Shown: positions 49,940 through 60,263, numbered from the stretch's first letter. The stretch is 64,000 nt of DNA from Candidatus Bathyarchaeota archaeon (GCA_963832745.1 CAWHVC010000005.1:96001-160000); one strand, 5' to 3'. The notes: generated from the sequence alone by a model not told the origin. A program made the numbers and translations.

Positions 49940-50512
49940 ATGGATTTTAAAGGAAGCCAAACAGAAAAGAACCTGCTAGCAGCGTTCGCTGGCGAATCCC
50001 AAGCAAGAAACCGATACACTTTTTTTGCTAGTGTAGCAAAAAAGGAAGGCTACGAACAAATCGGCGCGATTTTTGAAGAAACCGCTGGTAACGAGAAAGA
50101 ACACGCAGAACTCTTCTTTAAGCATCTTAAAGGCGGAATGGTTGAAATCACGGCAGCCTACCCAGCAGGAGTCATAGGCTCAACAGCTGAGAACCTGAAA
50201 GCTGCTGCGGAAGGAGAAAAACTTGAATGGGGCACACTTTACCCTAACTTCGGTGACGTTGCAGAGAAAGAGGGCTTTAAGGATGTTGCAGCCACTTTTA
50301 GGATGGTTGCTAAAGTCGAAGTTTACCATGAAAAACGTTACAATAAGCTGTTGGAAAGCGTTCAAAACGCCAAAGTCTTCAAGAAGGATGCGCCAGTTAA
50401 GTGGAAATGCAGAAACTGCGGTTTCGTATTTGAGGGAACAGAAGTACCGGATAAATGTCCAGTTTGTGCTCATCCGAAATCGTACTTTGAAGTTTGGACA
50501 GAAAACTACTAA
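49940..50512 (+). CDS. rbr: Rubrerythrin
   Basis: AFAGESQARNRY, EKEHA, EVYHEKRY, C-terminal WKCRNCG...CPVCAHP. Confidence 0.96.
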   Translation: MDFKGSQTEKNLLAAFAGESQARNRYTFFASVAKKEGYEQIGAIFEETAGNEKEHAELFFKHLKGGMVEITAAYPAGVIGSTAENLKAAAEGEKLEWGTLYPNFGDVAEKEGFKDVAATFRMVAKVEVYHEKRYNKLLESVQNAKVFKKDAPVKWKCRNCGFVFEGTEVPDKCPVCAHPKSYFEVWTENY

Positions 50513-50538
50513 ATCCAAACCCATTTTCTTTTTTAGAT

Positions 50539-51684
50539 TCAAGTAATTGTTTGGTTCCAGAAAAACACTTGATTGTAGGTCTGATTAATTTTTGTGTAGT
50601 CTAAACCGTCACCATAGATTATGTTAAATCTGGAGCCATAACGGCTTTCAAGCAGATTAACGTCACCCCAAACTTTGGCAGACAACTCGTCAGCCTTAAA
50701 CAGCCCCCAAATTGAATCATCCGCACTGCGAAAACCAAACCCGTAATCTTTCGGAAGCACATAAACTGCCTCAGCATTGTTATCGCTGAAGCTTTGAGGC
50801 TCATTTTGGATTGAATCCCAAAACCGTTTAAGCGCATCAAAATGTTCCTGCGTTAACGTGCCATAATCGCCAAGCTGCGGGTAACTGAAGACTACGGCAT
50901 ATTTGGCTCCAGCCTCATAAGCTAAACGTAAATCACTGTACAATTCGTCCCCTGACTCCAAGTAGGGTGCTTGATCGTATTTCCAAGTTACGATGACGCC
51001 CCAGTCTTTTCCTTGTGTTTCTGCGGCGCCACGGCATAATGCTATAGGGGTTAAACGGCTTTGGTTCCAAACAAACTCTGCCAGAATCGTGTCGTAGCTG
51101 GCTTTGTAATCGTACCAGTACAATCCGTAATCTGCTGTGAGGACGGAAACGTTGTCAAAGTACAGGTGATAGTAATCGACGTGATAGTACATGTAATTGG
51201 TGTACTTGTTAGCCGCGTCAGTGTAGTTGTCGGCTTGTGAAACCATTATAGAATAGTTTTTGCTGGCTGGCTGGTCAAGCTGGATTCCGCCGGGTTCATC
51301 ATAACGGTAAATTCCTAAAAGCAGACTGCCATATTTAGCTTGGGCGTTGCTTGTCCAAATGGAAGTGTTGTATGTGTACTTGGTGATATCGGTAAACATG
51401 ATGATAAAGTTCATACGGGCGTCGGCTATGTAATCACAGCTCTCCGTTAAAGCAGACTCGTTAAAAGTCAAATCTGCTGAGCCTAAAACTAGCAGGTTAG
51501 TGTAGCCTTTAACCTTATCAACAAGGGCTTTAACCTCTGAAGGCTTGCTACCATAAGCGTATTCTGCACCAACATAAAATTCCCTGCCAAGTTGAGGCGT
51601 AGTAAACCAGTCAGCAGAAATAAAAATAGTTAAACACACAAGAAGCACCGCAATTGCAGCCAAAACAACAGTTAAACGTTTCAA
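50539..51684 (-). CDS. Membrane-anchored secreted protein, possible glycoside-hydrolase-like barrel
   Basis: N-terminal TM, aromatic-rich, GIYRYDEPGG and ILAEFVW acidic motifs. Confidence 0.7.
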   Translation of the reverse strand: MKRLTVVLAAIAVLLVCLTIFISADWFTTPQLGREFYVGAEYAYGSKPSEVKALVDKVKGYTNLLVLGSADLTFNESALTESCDYIADARMNFIIMFTDITKYTYNTSIWTSNAQAKYGSLLLGIYRYDEPGGIQLDQPASKNYSIMVSQADNYTDAANKYTNYMYYHVDYYHLYFDNVSVLTADYGLYWYDYKASYDTILAEFVWNQSRLTPIALCRGAAETQGKDWGVIVTWKYDQAPYLESGDELYSDLRLAYEAGAKYAVVFSYPQLGDYGTLTQEHFDALKRFWDSIQNEPQSFSDNNAEAVYVLPKDYGFGFRSADDSIWGLFKADELSAKVWGDVNLLESRYGSRFNIIYGDGLDYTKINQTYNQVFFWNQTIT

Positions 51685-51762
51685 CAGCAGTTTTCCCTTT
51701 AATGTATGAAAACCAAAGTTAAAGCATATAACTATTATTAAAAAATTGGAAAACCCCGCTTT

Positions 51763-52200
51763 TTAGCGGTACATACCAATAAGTTCGCCTTCTGCAAGAA
51801 TATGGCCCTGCAGGGCTTTCTGTAAAGCGGCTTTTTTGGTGCTGACGGGCAGATTCAGGGTTTGGTCTAAAGCATAAATCTTGAAAAAGTAACGATGGCT
51901 ACCTGATGGAGGACAAGGAGGATAATAACCTGATCTGCGTCCACTGTTTAAGCCTTCAACGCCTGGAGCTGAGTTTTCTTCAATACAGTTAGTTGAAGCT
52001 GGAATGTTCCACATTATCCAATGGTCAAAAGTGCCTGACACAGCGTCTGGGTCCTCACAAATTAACGCTAAACTTTCGGTTTTCTCTGGAATATCCTCAA
52101 CGGTTAGGGGCGGGTTTACGCCGTCACCCTCGCAAGTGTATTTTTTGGGGATTTTCTGATGGGCTTCAAACGCGGAACTTTTAATTGTTAACTTGTCCAT
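51763..52200 (-). CDS. YbhB/YbcL (PEBP) family protein
   Basis: YTCEG...PPL, EDPDA, FDHWIMWNIP, PCPPSGSHRYFFKIYALD. Confidence 0.95.
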   Translation of the reverse strand: MDKLTIKSSAFEAHQKIPKKYTCEGDGVNPPLTVEDIPEKTESLALICEDPDAVSGTFDHWIMWNIPASTNCIEENSAPGVEGLNSGRRSGYYPPCPPSGSHRYFFKIYALDQTLNLPVSTKKAALQKALQGHILAEGELIGMYR

Positions 52201-52278
52201 GAATTTTCATCTCTAAAAATCATTTAAGGTAAATTAATTGTTGGATAAATATTTAATTAAAATAACAAAAAAATTGAG

Positions 52279-52392
52279 TTAAAAGGGAACCGTGTGTATG
52301 GGTCCTTTGTGTTTGCACATTCGGTGGATACGCAAATTTTCTGGCGTAGAAAAGTCTGCTTTGCAGATGGGACACTTATAGGTTTCAAACAT
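52279..52392 (-). CDS. 37-aa C2H2 zinc-finger microprotein missing from the ORF track
   Basis: MFETYKCPICKADFSTPENLRIHRMCKHKGPIHTVPF; AGAGGA SD at 52404-52409. Confidence 0.8.
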   Translation of the reverse strand: MFETYKCPICKADFSTPENLRIHRMCKHKGPIHTVPF

Positions 52393-52481
52393 TGGTTTTT
52401 TGTTCCTCTTTAGCCAACTTTAACGTCTAATACTGAATAAAAAAATTTGTGATTGAACTTAGACAGCAACATTAATTTTGT

Positions 52482-52688
52482 TTATGATTGGGTTTTCTCG
52501 TCTTCGCCAGTCCATTTTTCGATGACGATTTTTTTGTCGTTTGGCTTAAAGCTTACTTTTACAGGCATAGAATCAGAATCTTCGCATTTCAACGGGAACA
52601 TACTGTCATCAACTACTCTAACTGGCAAATACAGAAGGTATCGTGCGTCTTTTCGTCGAAAGATTGTTCCTTTTCCCTGATTACCCAT
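52482..52688 (-). CDS. AbrB/SpoVT-like small DNA-binding protein
   Basis: GKGTIFRRK..RYLLYLPVRVVDDSMFP...KIVIEK; paralogue of 6368-6646. Confidence 0.6.
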   Translation of the reverse strand: MGNQGKGTIFRRKDARYLLYLPVRVVDDSMFPLKCEDSDSMPVKVSFKPNDKKIVIEKWTGEDEKTQS

Positions 52689-52866
52689 TCCAAGATCACT
52701 ATTCTTATAGAGATAGTTAGCGTTAACTTGACATTTTTAAACCTGTCTGTTCAATACAACATTTTTAATGATGAAATAAGAAAAAAAGAATTAATAAAGG
52801 TAAAATGGAATAAAATGTTGCAATTTTTTGGTTAATTATCCATTTTTTATATTAGCACCGATTTCA

Positions 52867-54555
52867 TCATACCTCTGCTTTCCGAAGGAAATCCTTTGCA
52901 CTATCAAGAGTAAACTTGTAAAAGAGAACCGTAATGACAACAGCGATTACTCCACTTATAGCAGTAGCGACAAACGGGTCTAAGCTTGGTAAACTAATGC
53001 CAGGCATAATTCCGCCTACTACTGATGTAAGTACAGTTGGCACAAGAGGTGCTATAATCGCGAGACCGACAAGGAAGCATACAACAAGGTTGATTAACGC
53101 CCAGTATTGGCGTACCATGCGGGGTCTTGGTATTTCTGTGAAGTCTGCGCCTCTAAAGCCTATGTTTACGGAGATGGAGGCTAAAGCTATGATTAGGAAG
53201 AATGCTTCTAAGAACGCTACGATAATCATTGTGATAGTTGGTTGATAGATTATGGTGCCAAGTGTTCCAGTGGCGGCCAATATGATTAAGCCAAAGAGCA
53301 CGGTAAAGAAGTATTTGCTTTTTACAAGGTTTTTAGGGCTGATTGGTGAAGCGTAAATTCTCCAGATGGCTTGTCCTTCCTCGCCGATGATGAGGTTGCC
53401 AAGAGTCATAACCATCAAGGAAGCAGGAAACAGGTAAATCATGCCCATATAAAAAACTGAAACCTCGGAGGGCATACTGCCGCCTGTTCCACCGAAAGAT
53501 TGCATTAGCGGTATCAGCACAATAACGATTGGTGCAATGAATATAGTGATAAGTTCTCTGCGTCTTGTGAATGCTTTTAGGTCTTTACCTATTAAGGCTG
53601 CTTCAACGGTTGAAAAGCCAAGTTTGCCCAAGAAACCGGTTTTTGGTGCATAAATGCCGCTTTTTTGAACTTTAATTGCTGGAGGCTCATAAAGGCCAAA
53701 CCGTTTATTTAGCAACACCGCTAAAGCGTAAAGGGCGCCTATGAGAATAATGGACATAGCTAAATATGCTGCACCCACAAGGATGCTGCCGCCTAAGATA
53801 AAGAAGTTTGATAGCATTATGCCGAGCCAAACAAATGGAATATAAAATACTGAGCTTTGAACTTCTGTTAAGGTTGAAATAAATTGGTAACCACCTGAAG
53901 TTACATAGAAGTACATTGCGTAGAAAATGATAAAGAATCCAAGAGAACCGATAAAACGTACCCAAACTGCTGCTCTACCGCTTGACTTGTAAACAGCACC
54001 TATGAAACGGACTTGAATTACACGTAAGATTTCTGTTATTACGCTTGCCAGAAATGCTGCAGCAAACATTGCAAGTGAAGTTACTATAGCCACTACAATT
54101 AAACCGGTGAAAACGCTAAATGCCACAATTGCTGAAGCAATTAGAAGTGTTGTACCTAAGGGGAACCCAAGCAAACTTGCAAGGACAGAAGCCAATGTAT
54201 GTTCTTGCCAGGTTACAGGCAACCAATAAGGTGTTTCTGTTTGTGTCCTAACACCGCTACGTTGAATCTGCTGAAGTAATGTTAAAACTAAGTTGTAGAC
54301 AAGCACTATAGTTGGAAGCGAAACAAAAAGTCCAATTGCGGCGCTTTGAACGTTTGTTACCCCGATGTCGCCAGAGTACATGCTAACAAAGTAGCCCACC
54401 AGAACACCTATCACAAGCCCAACGCCGATAGCTAACCAGTATGGCCAGTTAGCCAAGACACTGTTTTCCTTATATTTTGTAGGCTTTATGCCCCTTAACA
54501 GTCTGCCTGATTTGCGTTCAACACGCATCAGGTAGTAAACGTTTTTCCAGTTCAT
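52867..54555 (-). CDS. ABC exporter permease (large, about 12 TM)
   Basis: Highly hydrophobic, EEGQAIWRIYASPISPKNLVKSK motif, overlaps the ATPase stop. Confidence 0.85.
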   Translation of the reverse strand: MNWKNVYYLMRVERKSGRLLRGIKPTKYKENSVLANWPYWLAIGVGLVIGVLVGYFVSMYSGDIGVTNVQSAAIGLFVSLPTIVLVYNLVLTLLQQIQRSGVRTQTETPYWLPVTWQEHTLASVLASLLGFPLGTTLLIASAIVAFSVFTGLIVVAIVTSLAMFAAAFLASVITEILRVIQVRFIGAVYKSSGRAAVWVRFIGSLGFFIIFYAMYFYVTSGGYQFISTLTEVQSSVFYIPFVWLGIMLSNFFILGGSILVGAAYLAMSIILIGALYALAVLLNKRFGLYEPPAIKVQKSGIYAPKTGFLGKLGFSTVEAALIGKDLKAFTRRRELITIFIAPIVIVLIPLMQSFGGTGGSMPSEVSVFYMGMIYLFPASLMVMTLGNLIIGEEGQAIWRIYASPISPKNLVKSKYFFTVLFGLIILAATGTLGTIIYQPTITMIIVAFLEAFFLIIALASISVNIGFRGADFTEIPRPRMVRQYWALINLVVCFLVGLAIIAPLVPTVLTSVVGGIMPGISLPSLDPFVATAISGVIAVVITVLFYKFTLDSAKDFLRKAEV

Positions 54556-55322
54556 TTAACGAGTGCCTCAACAACAGCTTTCAAGTCTTCAGTGCCGGTA
54601 AGCTTGAGGAACACATCTTCAAGACCTGAACCTGGCAGGCTTGCTTTTTGCTGCAATTCTTCCATGTTGCCAAGAGCTAATAGGTTGCCTTTGTACATGA
54701 TTGCTATTTGATCGCTTAATGCTTGGGCGATTTCAAGCACGTGAGTGGACATGATTGTGGTTACGCCTTGTGCTTTTAGGCCTGCAAGGATGTCTTTGAT
54801 GATTCTTGCTGCACGGGGGTCAAGAGCGTTAAGTGGTTCATCAAGAATCAGCAGTTTTGGTTTATGAATGAAAGCTGATATGAGAGCAATTTTCTTTTTC
54901 ATGCCGTCCGAGTAACTGTTAATCATGTCGCCTTCTCTGCCTTCAAGCTGCAAAGCTTTCAGGTACTCGGTTATTCGCTGTTGTTTCTCATCAGCGGGCA
55001 TGCCATATATGTCACCGATAAAATCTAAGTACTCTATGCCGGTTAGGAACTCGTAAATGTTTGGTGACTCCGGAACGTACCCGACAAGGCGTTTTACTTC
55101 TACAGGATTTTGTTGAACGTCAATGCCCATAACGTTTACTGTACCCTCTGTTTGTTGAACTAAACCCATCAACATTTTCAATGTTGTGGATTTTCCTGAA
55201 CCGTTAGGACCAAGCAAACCAAAGATTTCGCCTTGCTTGATGTTCAGGTTTAAATTGTTTACTGCAACTATTTCGTTGTAGCGTTTAGTGACGTTTTTAA
55301 GTTCAACTGCTAACTGACTCAT
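54552..55322 (-). CDS. ABC transporter ATP-binding protein
   Basis: GPNGSGKST, YSDGMKKK, ILDEP, STH. Confidence 0.95.
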   Translation of the reverse strand: MSQLAVELKNVTKRYNEIVAVNNLNLNIKQGEIFGLLGPNGSGKSTTLKMLMGLVQQTEGTVNVMGIDVQQNPVEVKRLVGYVPESPNIYEFLTGIEYLDFIGDIYGMPADEKQQRITEYLKALQLEGREGDMINSYSDGMKKKIALISAFIHKPKLLILDEPLNALDPRAARIIKDILAGLKAQGVTTIMSTHVLEIAQALSDQIAIMYKGNLLALGNMEELQQKASLPGSGLEDVFLKLTGTEDLKAVVEALVK

Positions 55323-55448
55323 TTTTAACGCTCTCTCTTAATTTCCAAAATAGAAAAGGCTACATATTTAAATATAGTGCAATTTACCTGCCTTTTACAG
55401 GCAATATTTGAAATTTAAAAATGAAAAAAGAAAATATTTTCAAAAAAA

Positions 55449-55886
55449 TTACACAAAGATTAGTTCAAAATTTATCGGGACACCTTCACCCCAAGATTGC
55501 CGTATCGGACAAATCTTCTGTGCCATTTCGTAAACTGTATTTGCTTTTTTTCGGTCCCACTCATTATCATTTTGAAGACCAACCGTCATAACGAAGTGTA
55601 CGTTGGTGAAAATCAGTTTATCCAAGCCTTCAACGCTCATCGTCAAGTTTGCTTTAGTATCTAATTTTTTGAGTTCAAGTTTACTGTTTTTAGCAATTAA
55701 TAGAAAAAGAGTATTCATACATGAAGCCAAAGCTGCAGCGAAAATATCTTCAGGTGAACAATAACCTTCTGTACCGCCGAAAGACGGGGGTGGACTAACT
55801 GAAGCGATTAGTTTGTCTTTAACTGTTAATTCACATTCCATTCCGCCTTTCCATGAAGCGGTACCTTCAAAATTCAGCTCTTGCAT
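55449..55886 (-). CDS. OsmC/Ohr family protein
   Basis: FGG....SPEDIFAAALASC and second Cys in KICPI. Confidence 0.9.
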   Translation of the reverse strand: MQELNFEGTASWKGGMECELTVKDKLIASVSPPPSFGGTEGYCSPEDIFAAALASCMNTLFLLIAKNSKLELKKLDTKANLTMSVEGLDKLIFTNVHFVMTVGLQNDNEWDRKKANTVYEMAQKICPIRQSWGEGVPINFELIFV

Positions 55887-56044
55887 AAAATTACACCAAA
55901 CTATTAAAGATAAAAGTCAGATTTAACGTTTATGAATATTAAAAATGGCTCTAAAGTTTTGACAAGCGTCTGCTTTTGATGATTCTCTGCAAATACCCTT
56001 AAATCAGCCAACTATTTTCTTGCATAAAAGTGATATGAACTCAA

Positions 56045-57034
56045 ATGACTCACGTTATCGAAACACATCAACTAACAAAAACGTACAATTCTTTTAAAGC
56101 AGTAGACAACCTAAACATCAGCGTTGACAGCGGCGAAATTTTTGGGCTCCTAGGGCCAAACGGTGCTGGAAAAACCACCACAGTTTCGATGCTATGCACC
56201 ATTCTTAAGCCCTCTTCAGGAACCTCAACAGTAGATGGACATGACATCGTAAAAGAGCCAGGAAAAGTCCGCAAATCAATCGGGATAGTTTTTCAGGATC
56301 CAAGTGTTGATGACCGTTTAACGGGCAGGGAAAACTTGTTCATGCATGCAAACTTGTATGGGGTTCCTGTGTCAGTTCAACGTGAACGGATTGATCGTAT
56401 TCTTAAGCTGGTTGAGTTGGAAGACCGTGCTGACGATTTACTGCGCACTTATAGTGGTGGCATGCGTCGCAGACTTGAAATTGGCAGAGGCTTAATTCAT
56501 CAGCCTAAGGTGCTGTTTCTTGATGAACCCACTGTTGGTTTAGACCCGCAGACAAGAGACCATATTTGGCGTTACATTAAAGAACTAAAAGAAGCAAACG
56601 ACATAACCGTGGTTTTAACAACACATTACATGGATGAAGCGGATCGTCTTTCGGACCGTATTGCAATTATGGATCATGGCAAAATCGTTGTACTTGATAC
56701 GCCGCAGAAGCTTAAAGAGACTCTTGAAGGGGACGTTATAGCTATTAAATCAAACCTTAATGAAGCTCTGGGGGAACTTTTGGGTAAATGGTTGGGCTTT
56801 ACCAACAATCACATCGAGAAAGACACGCTTGAAGTTACGGTTCCAAACGGCAAAACTGTTATGCCGCGAATTGTTGAGCTTGCAAGTCAAAACAGTATTT
56901 ACATTGAATCAGTAGTTCTGCGTGAACCTAATCTTGAAGACGTTTTTCTGCATTACACTGGTAGCAGTATACGGGAGGATACTACAAAGGAGTTGCATGG
57001 TATGGCGGCTATTCACAGGAGGGCAATTCGTTGA
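56045..57034 (+). CDS. DrrA-like ABC transporter ATP-binding protein
   Basis: GPNGAGKTT, YSGGMRRR, FLDEPT, TTHYMDEA, LEDVFLHYTG. Confidence 0.95.
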   Translation: MTHVIETHQLTKTYNSFKAVDNLNISVDSGEIFGLLGPNGAGKTTTVSMLCTILKPSSGTSTVDGHDIVKEPGKVRKSIGIVFQDPSVDDRLTGRENLFMHANLYGVPVSVQRERIDRILKLVELEDRADDLLRTYSGGMRRRLEIGRGLIHQPKVLFLDEPTVGLDPQTRDHIWRYIKELKEANDITVVLTTHYMDEADRLSDRIAIMDHGKIVVLDTPQKLKETLEGDVIAIKSNLNEALGELLGKWLGFTNNHIEKDTLEVTVPNGKTVMPRIVELASQNSIYIESVVLREPNLEDVFLHYTGSSIREDTTKELHGMAAIHRRAIR

Positions 57035-57795
57035 CTGAGTTAAGAGGTATCTATACACTTTGGCTACGGGAGATTAAACGTTTCATACGTGACAGGGCAA
57101 GAGTTGTCATCAGTTTTGTACAGCCGTTATTGTGGCTGGTTGTTTTTGCAGCTGGTTTTGGCGCAAAAATTGCTATTCCTGGAATAAACTATCAACAGTT
57201 TCTTTTTCCAGGTATTATAGGTCAGACACTGCTGTTTACTTCCATGTTTATGGGTATTAGCGTGATTTGGGATAAAGAATTTGGTTTTATGAAAGAAATT
57301 CTTGTAGCGCCAATTTCGCGATTCAGTATTTTTATCGGTAAAATGCTTGGTGACAGTACAGCAACGATACTTCAAGGTGTAATCGTGTTTGCGTTTGGTT
57401 TCATACTGGGTATACCTTTTGATCCTGTGACGCTGCTTGCTGCGTTGCCGATTATGTTGTTGATAACGTTTGGGTTAGTTAGCGTTGGTTTAATCATTGC
57501 CAGTTTTATAGGTAGTTTGGAGAATTTTGGGGCAATTCAAACTTTCATCAATTTGCCGTTGTTCTTTTTAAGTGGTGCTCTTTTTCCTACAACTGGTCCG
57601 GGTGTTCCTGAATGGATGCAGGTCGCTTCTGCTTTTGATCCGTTAACTTATGGGATTGATGCGTTGCGAACGGTTATTTTAGGGTCAGCTTGGGTTCCGA
57701 TTCATCCGCTTGCTGTTAACTTGTTAATTGTCGGCGTTTTTGACGTGGTTATGATTGGGGTTGGAACTTGGGCGTTTAGTCGAATGAAGAAATAA
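57031..57795 (+). CDS. ABC-2 permease (DrrB-like)
   Basis: WDKEFGFMKEILVAPISR, FFLSGALFP, DPLTYGIDALR. Confidence 0.93.
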   Translation: MTELRGIYTLWLREIKRFIRDRARVVISFVQPLLWLVVFAAGFGAKIAIPGINYQQFLFPGIIGQTLLFTSMFMGISVIWDKEFGFMKEILVAPISRFSIFIGKMLGDSTATILQGVIVFAFGFILGIPFDPVTLLAALPIMLLITFGLVSVGLIIASFIGSLENFGAIQTFINLPLFFLSGALFPTTGPGVPEWMQVASAFDPLTYGIDALRTVILGSAWVPIHPLAVNLLIVGVFDVVMIGVGTWAFSRMKK

Positions 57796-57894
57796 CCGTT
57801 TTTTGGGTTTTAACTTTTTTTTCTTTTGTTTTTAAAGGTTTATTGCGGTTTTAAGGTGGTAATAAAGCCTTTAAGCAGCTTGTGACTAATTATT

Positions 57895-58212
57895 TTGTTG
57901 GTGGAAAACATGCGAAGATTCACAAGAAATGTGTTGTTGTCTTTGTGTGGGTTGATTGGTGTAATTGTTGCTGTATTTAATCCGGCAATATTGTTTTTGG
58001 CAATGGTGAGTATAGTGTCTCTGGTTTTGGTGTTTAGGCAGTTGAACATTTTTAGAATTGTAATGCAAATAAAACGTTTCGTTCAAACTGTTTCTAAACT
58101 GCGTGCGAAATTTAGGGGTAGCTTGCGTATGGGTTTTCGTGACTATAGCGGTTTAACAGTTGAAGATGAAGAGAGCAACTTGAAAAATAGTCATTGTGGA
58201 TTTATGCGTTGA
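57895..58212 (+). CDS. Hypothetical small membrane protein
   Basis: 105 aa, two N-terminal hydrophobic helices; G/T-skewed DNA lowers confidence. Confidence 0.45.
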   Translation: MLVENMRRFTRNVLLSLCGLIGVIVAVFNPAILFLAMVSIVSLVLVFRQLNIFRIVMQIKRFVQTVSKLRAKFRGSLRMGFRDYSGLTVEDEESNLKNSHCGFMR

Positions 58213-58257
58213 CTAAACTGGGTTGCGTGAGTAGAAGAATTGGTGAAAGAGTAGGGG

Positions 58258-58545
58258 TTACTGTTTGTTGGTCATTTCGTTGATTTGTTGTTCCATTGCG
58301 TGACCGCGGCAGAATACTAATGCAGTGTTTATGCCTTCGACAGATTTTGCGGCTGCTTTTATGTCGGCTGCAAGTTTGAATGCGATGGGGCAGAAGGGGC
58401 TTGTAGGTACGAATTCGACGGTTACGTTGCCGGGTTCGGTTTCTTTTACGCTTTCGATCATGTGCATTTCTTCAAATGTTTGTCCTGTTTCTGGGTCAAT
58501 TACTTTTCCTACTTCTGCGCGGACTTTATCTTCAAGTTGAGTCAT
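58258..58545 (-). CDS. DUF59/MIP18-like Fe-S cluster assembly protein
   Basis: VIDPETG and PTSPFCPIA motifs; start MTQLED at 58545 with GAGG upstream. Confidence 0.88.
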   Translation of the reverse strand: MTQLEDKVRAEVGKVIDPETGQTFEEMHMIESVKETEPGNVTVEFVPTSPFCPIAFKLAADIKAAAKSVEGINTALVFCRGHAMEQQINEMTNKQ

Positions 58546-58638
58546 AACTGTGAAAACCTCAATAGCGTATTTGGCGGGCATAAAATATAAACTAGTGGGA
58601 TTGTTTAGTAACGCATGTATGTGTTGCGGTGAGACGCT

Positions 58639-59073
58639 TTGAAGTTTGATGAAAACTGTATTTTTTGTAAGATTGTTCAAAAAAGGGCTTCTTCAAGCAT
58701 TCTCTATGAAGATGAGGTAGTGTTGGCTTTTCTTGATATAAGACCGGTTAATGAAGGTCACACTTTAGTTATACCTAAAGAACATTACGCTGACATCTAT
58801 GACGTTCCAAGTGAACTGTTAGGTAAGGTGCATCAAGTAAGCAAAATTCTTGCTTTGGCTGTGAAAAAAGCGGTTAACGCTGACGGAATCAGCATCATTC
58901 AACAGAACGGAAAAGCTGCCGGTCAAGACATTTTTCATTTGCATGTGCATATTATTCCAAGGTACACGGAGCAAAAGATGAAAGCGTTCCATGAACTGCA
59001 GATTGTTGATGCTAAACAGCTTGAAGTGACAGCGGCAAAAATAAAGCCGTACCTCCAAGTTTCAACATACTAA
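58639..59073 (+). CDS. HIT family nucleotide hydrolase
   Basis: CIFCKI, GHTLVIPKEH, HLHVHIIPR. Confidence 0.96.
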   Translation: MKFDENCIFCKIVQKRASSSILYEDEVVLAFLDIRPVNEGHTLVIPKEHYADIYDVPSELLGKVHQVSKILALAVKKAVNADGISIIQQNGKAAGQDIFHLHVHIIPRYTEQKMKAFHELQIVDAKQLEVTAAKIKPYLQVSTY

Positions 59074-59092
59074 TGGCGCATTTTTCAGTCAA

Positions 59093-59191
59093 TAGCACCT
59101 CCCCCCTTAGTGTTTCTGGAAAAGGGCTGGTTTCTACCTACCCCCTATAGGTTTTTGCATAGATCCGTTATTTGGATCCTAATAGGTTGAT
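59093..59191 (+). repeat. Copy C of CCTATAGG-core element (left arm, core, right arm)
   Basis: Left part matches copy A (5653-5712, inverted); right part matches both halves of copy B (38/42 and 36/48). Confidence 0.9.
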
Positions 59192-59381
59192 ATGAAAAAT
59201 AAAGCAAGCAAAGACCGCAAAAGAAAGCATTGAACAGCACAATGCAGACTGGGCAACTAGCATGGCCCATAACAGGATATTCTTCCCGCCCTAAGCAAGC
59301 AACAACCAAAACAACCCAAATAAACAATTTTATCGCTAAAAAGACCGAATAAAACAACTATTTGTTAAAAACCATTATTTT

Positions 59382-59657
59382 TTAAGGCTTTTCTGGGATT
59401 TTGGCTTGCAGAATTTTTTCAATGCCCGAAATTTTTTCGGCTACTTTTTGTCCCTGTTCTGTCAGTTTTATGAATCGCGTTGTCGGTGGCACTCGTTCTT
59501 CGCTTACCAATTCGAGCCGCAAAAGGTTGTTTAGCGCATGATAAAGAGTCCCTTTGCTTACCTTGATGGTTATGTCTGTCATTTTTACCCTCTTGTCTGG
59601 GTAAAGAAACAGCAGTAATTGCAAATTTCCCACTGCTTCCAATTCTGCTACGTTCAT
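59382..59657 (-). CDS. Winged-helix DNA-binding protein
   Basis: VSKGTLYHALNNLLRLELV...IKLTEQGQKVA. Confidence 0.85.
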   Translation of the reverse strand: MNVAELEAVGNLQLLLFLYPDKRVKMTDITIKVSKGTLYHALNNLLRLELVSEERVPPTTRFIKLTEQGQKVAEKISGIEKILQAKIPEKP

Positions 59658-59775
59658 GGTTTGACCTTACACTTTCTAGTATCTGAAATATAGATATCTG
59701 AATTGTGGATAAAGCTTAAATCATTTTATAATTCAATATTCATAATACGAAATACGCATTACGAAATACAGGTGA

Positions 59776-60241
59776 ATGTGTTTGAAAAAAGAACAAACAA
59801 ACCCCAACCTAACCCAAAAACTACCCCCACAACTCCAAAAAGAATACCAAAAAAGCCGCAAAAACTCGCCCATTATCGAGAGCCTGAAAATTGCAGCGGC
59901 GCTAAAGCTTTGGAATGACCGAGGCTTCACCGACATAAAGTTTGACGTACCCATAGCGTATGACGGAAAAACCATGTTCATAAAAGTCCTTGCCAAACAT
60001 CAAGAGGGCACAGTGTATGGGGTTGAATGCGCCTTCAAACGTCAAACTGGGTTGGCTTAAAGAACGTCTTCCAGCACTGCAAATGTGTCTACCCAAAGAC
60101 AGCTACATCATTGCCTTATTCCCAGAGACAGCCAGCGAAAAAGCCGACAAAGCAGTTAAGTTTGCAGATGAAGTATGGGTTACTGGCAAAAACGGAAAAA
60201 TCAACCAAATGGTATTCCATTCATGCTTTGGAAAACAATAA
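59776..60241 (+). CDS. PD-(D/E)XK-fold-like protein with one frameshift near 60035
   Basis: ORFs 59776-60060 and 59990-60241 join: FDVP...KVLA...YGVECA...ADEVWV; catalytic residues look degenerate. Confidence 0.5.
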
Positions 60242-60263
60242 AGTACCCTCTTTCACGTTTTGA

